A stretch of 64,000 nt of DNA, from positions 6,820,001 through 6,884,000 of the forward strand of contig NC_058368.1 of the NCBI RefSeq assembly GCF_018350175.1, given 5' to 3'. A model generated the notes under the pieces. The model saw only the letters and a list, made by a program, of their open reading frames with translations. It was not told the DNA's origin and did not search any database. Positions 63,830-64,000 of the stretch are shown here, in pieces (the first letter of the stretch is position 1; each line of letters begins with the position of its first letter). Source of the DNA: Felis catus. Its lineage: Eukaryota. A program made the position numbers and the translations under genes.

Positions 63830-64000
63830 TTTTTTTTTTTAACGTTTTATTTATTTTTGAGACAGGGAGAGACAGAGCATGAACAGGGGAGGGTCAGAGA
63901 GAGGGAGACACAGAATCTGAAACAGGCTCCAGGCTCTGAGCTGTCAGCACAGAGCCCGACGCAGGGCTCGAACTCACAGACTGTGAGATCATGACCTGAG
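63830..64000 (-). mobile_element. Can-SINE, cut by the window edge
   Basis: Poly-T, tttatttatttttgagacag and reverse-consensus body. Confidence 0.93.

Noticed and set aside
63083..63994. 303-aa ORF as an active L1 protein
   Set aside because: C-terminal ORF2 piece of a truncated L1 with a mutated RT motif, running into a SINE.
9426..64000. tRNA genes (A/B-box-like motifs tggctcagtcgg and gttcgagccc)
   Set aside because: These are the tRNA-derived heads of Can-SINEs, followed by SINE bodies and A tails.
1..64000. A previously undescribed multi-gene system, and USP12 exons 1 and 7 onward
   Set aside because: All coding signal I can recognise is explained by USP12 exons 2-6 and transposon fossils, and I did not find the other exons. 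Small conserved non-coding elements or ncRNAs could be missed without alignments.

Overview
Mammalian genomic DNA, and the roughly 35 Can-SINEs of the SINEC_Fc type point to a felid; the exact species cannot be fixed from the sequence. The window is the internal part of the deubiquitinase gene USP12 on the minus strand. It holds five coding exons (81, 214, 230, 77 and 84 nt, corresponding to exons 2-6), all with GT-AG boundaries and splicing into one open frame. That frame includes the catalytic Cys box and both CxxC pairs of the finger zinc site. I did not find exon 1 or exons 7 onward, so they presumably lie outside the window. The rest is intron, dominated by transposon fossils: Tigger1, two Tigger2a-like MITEs, an ~840-bp TIR element, MLT1A-like and MER68-like LTRs, L2 and MIR remnants, and an ~14-kb nest of L1s at the right end. 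I found no convincing new biological system. The most unusual local structures are a 49-bp near-perfect palindrome inside an L1, a 556-nt pure-purine tract grown out of a SINE, the TIR element, and repeated SINE insertions at the same target sites. Repeat family names come from recalled consensus sequences and need Dfam/RepeatMasker confirmation. Repeat ends are approximate unless a TSD or TIR is quoted.
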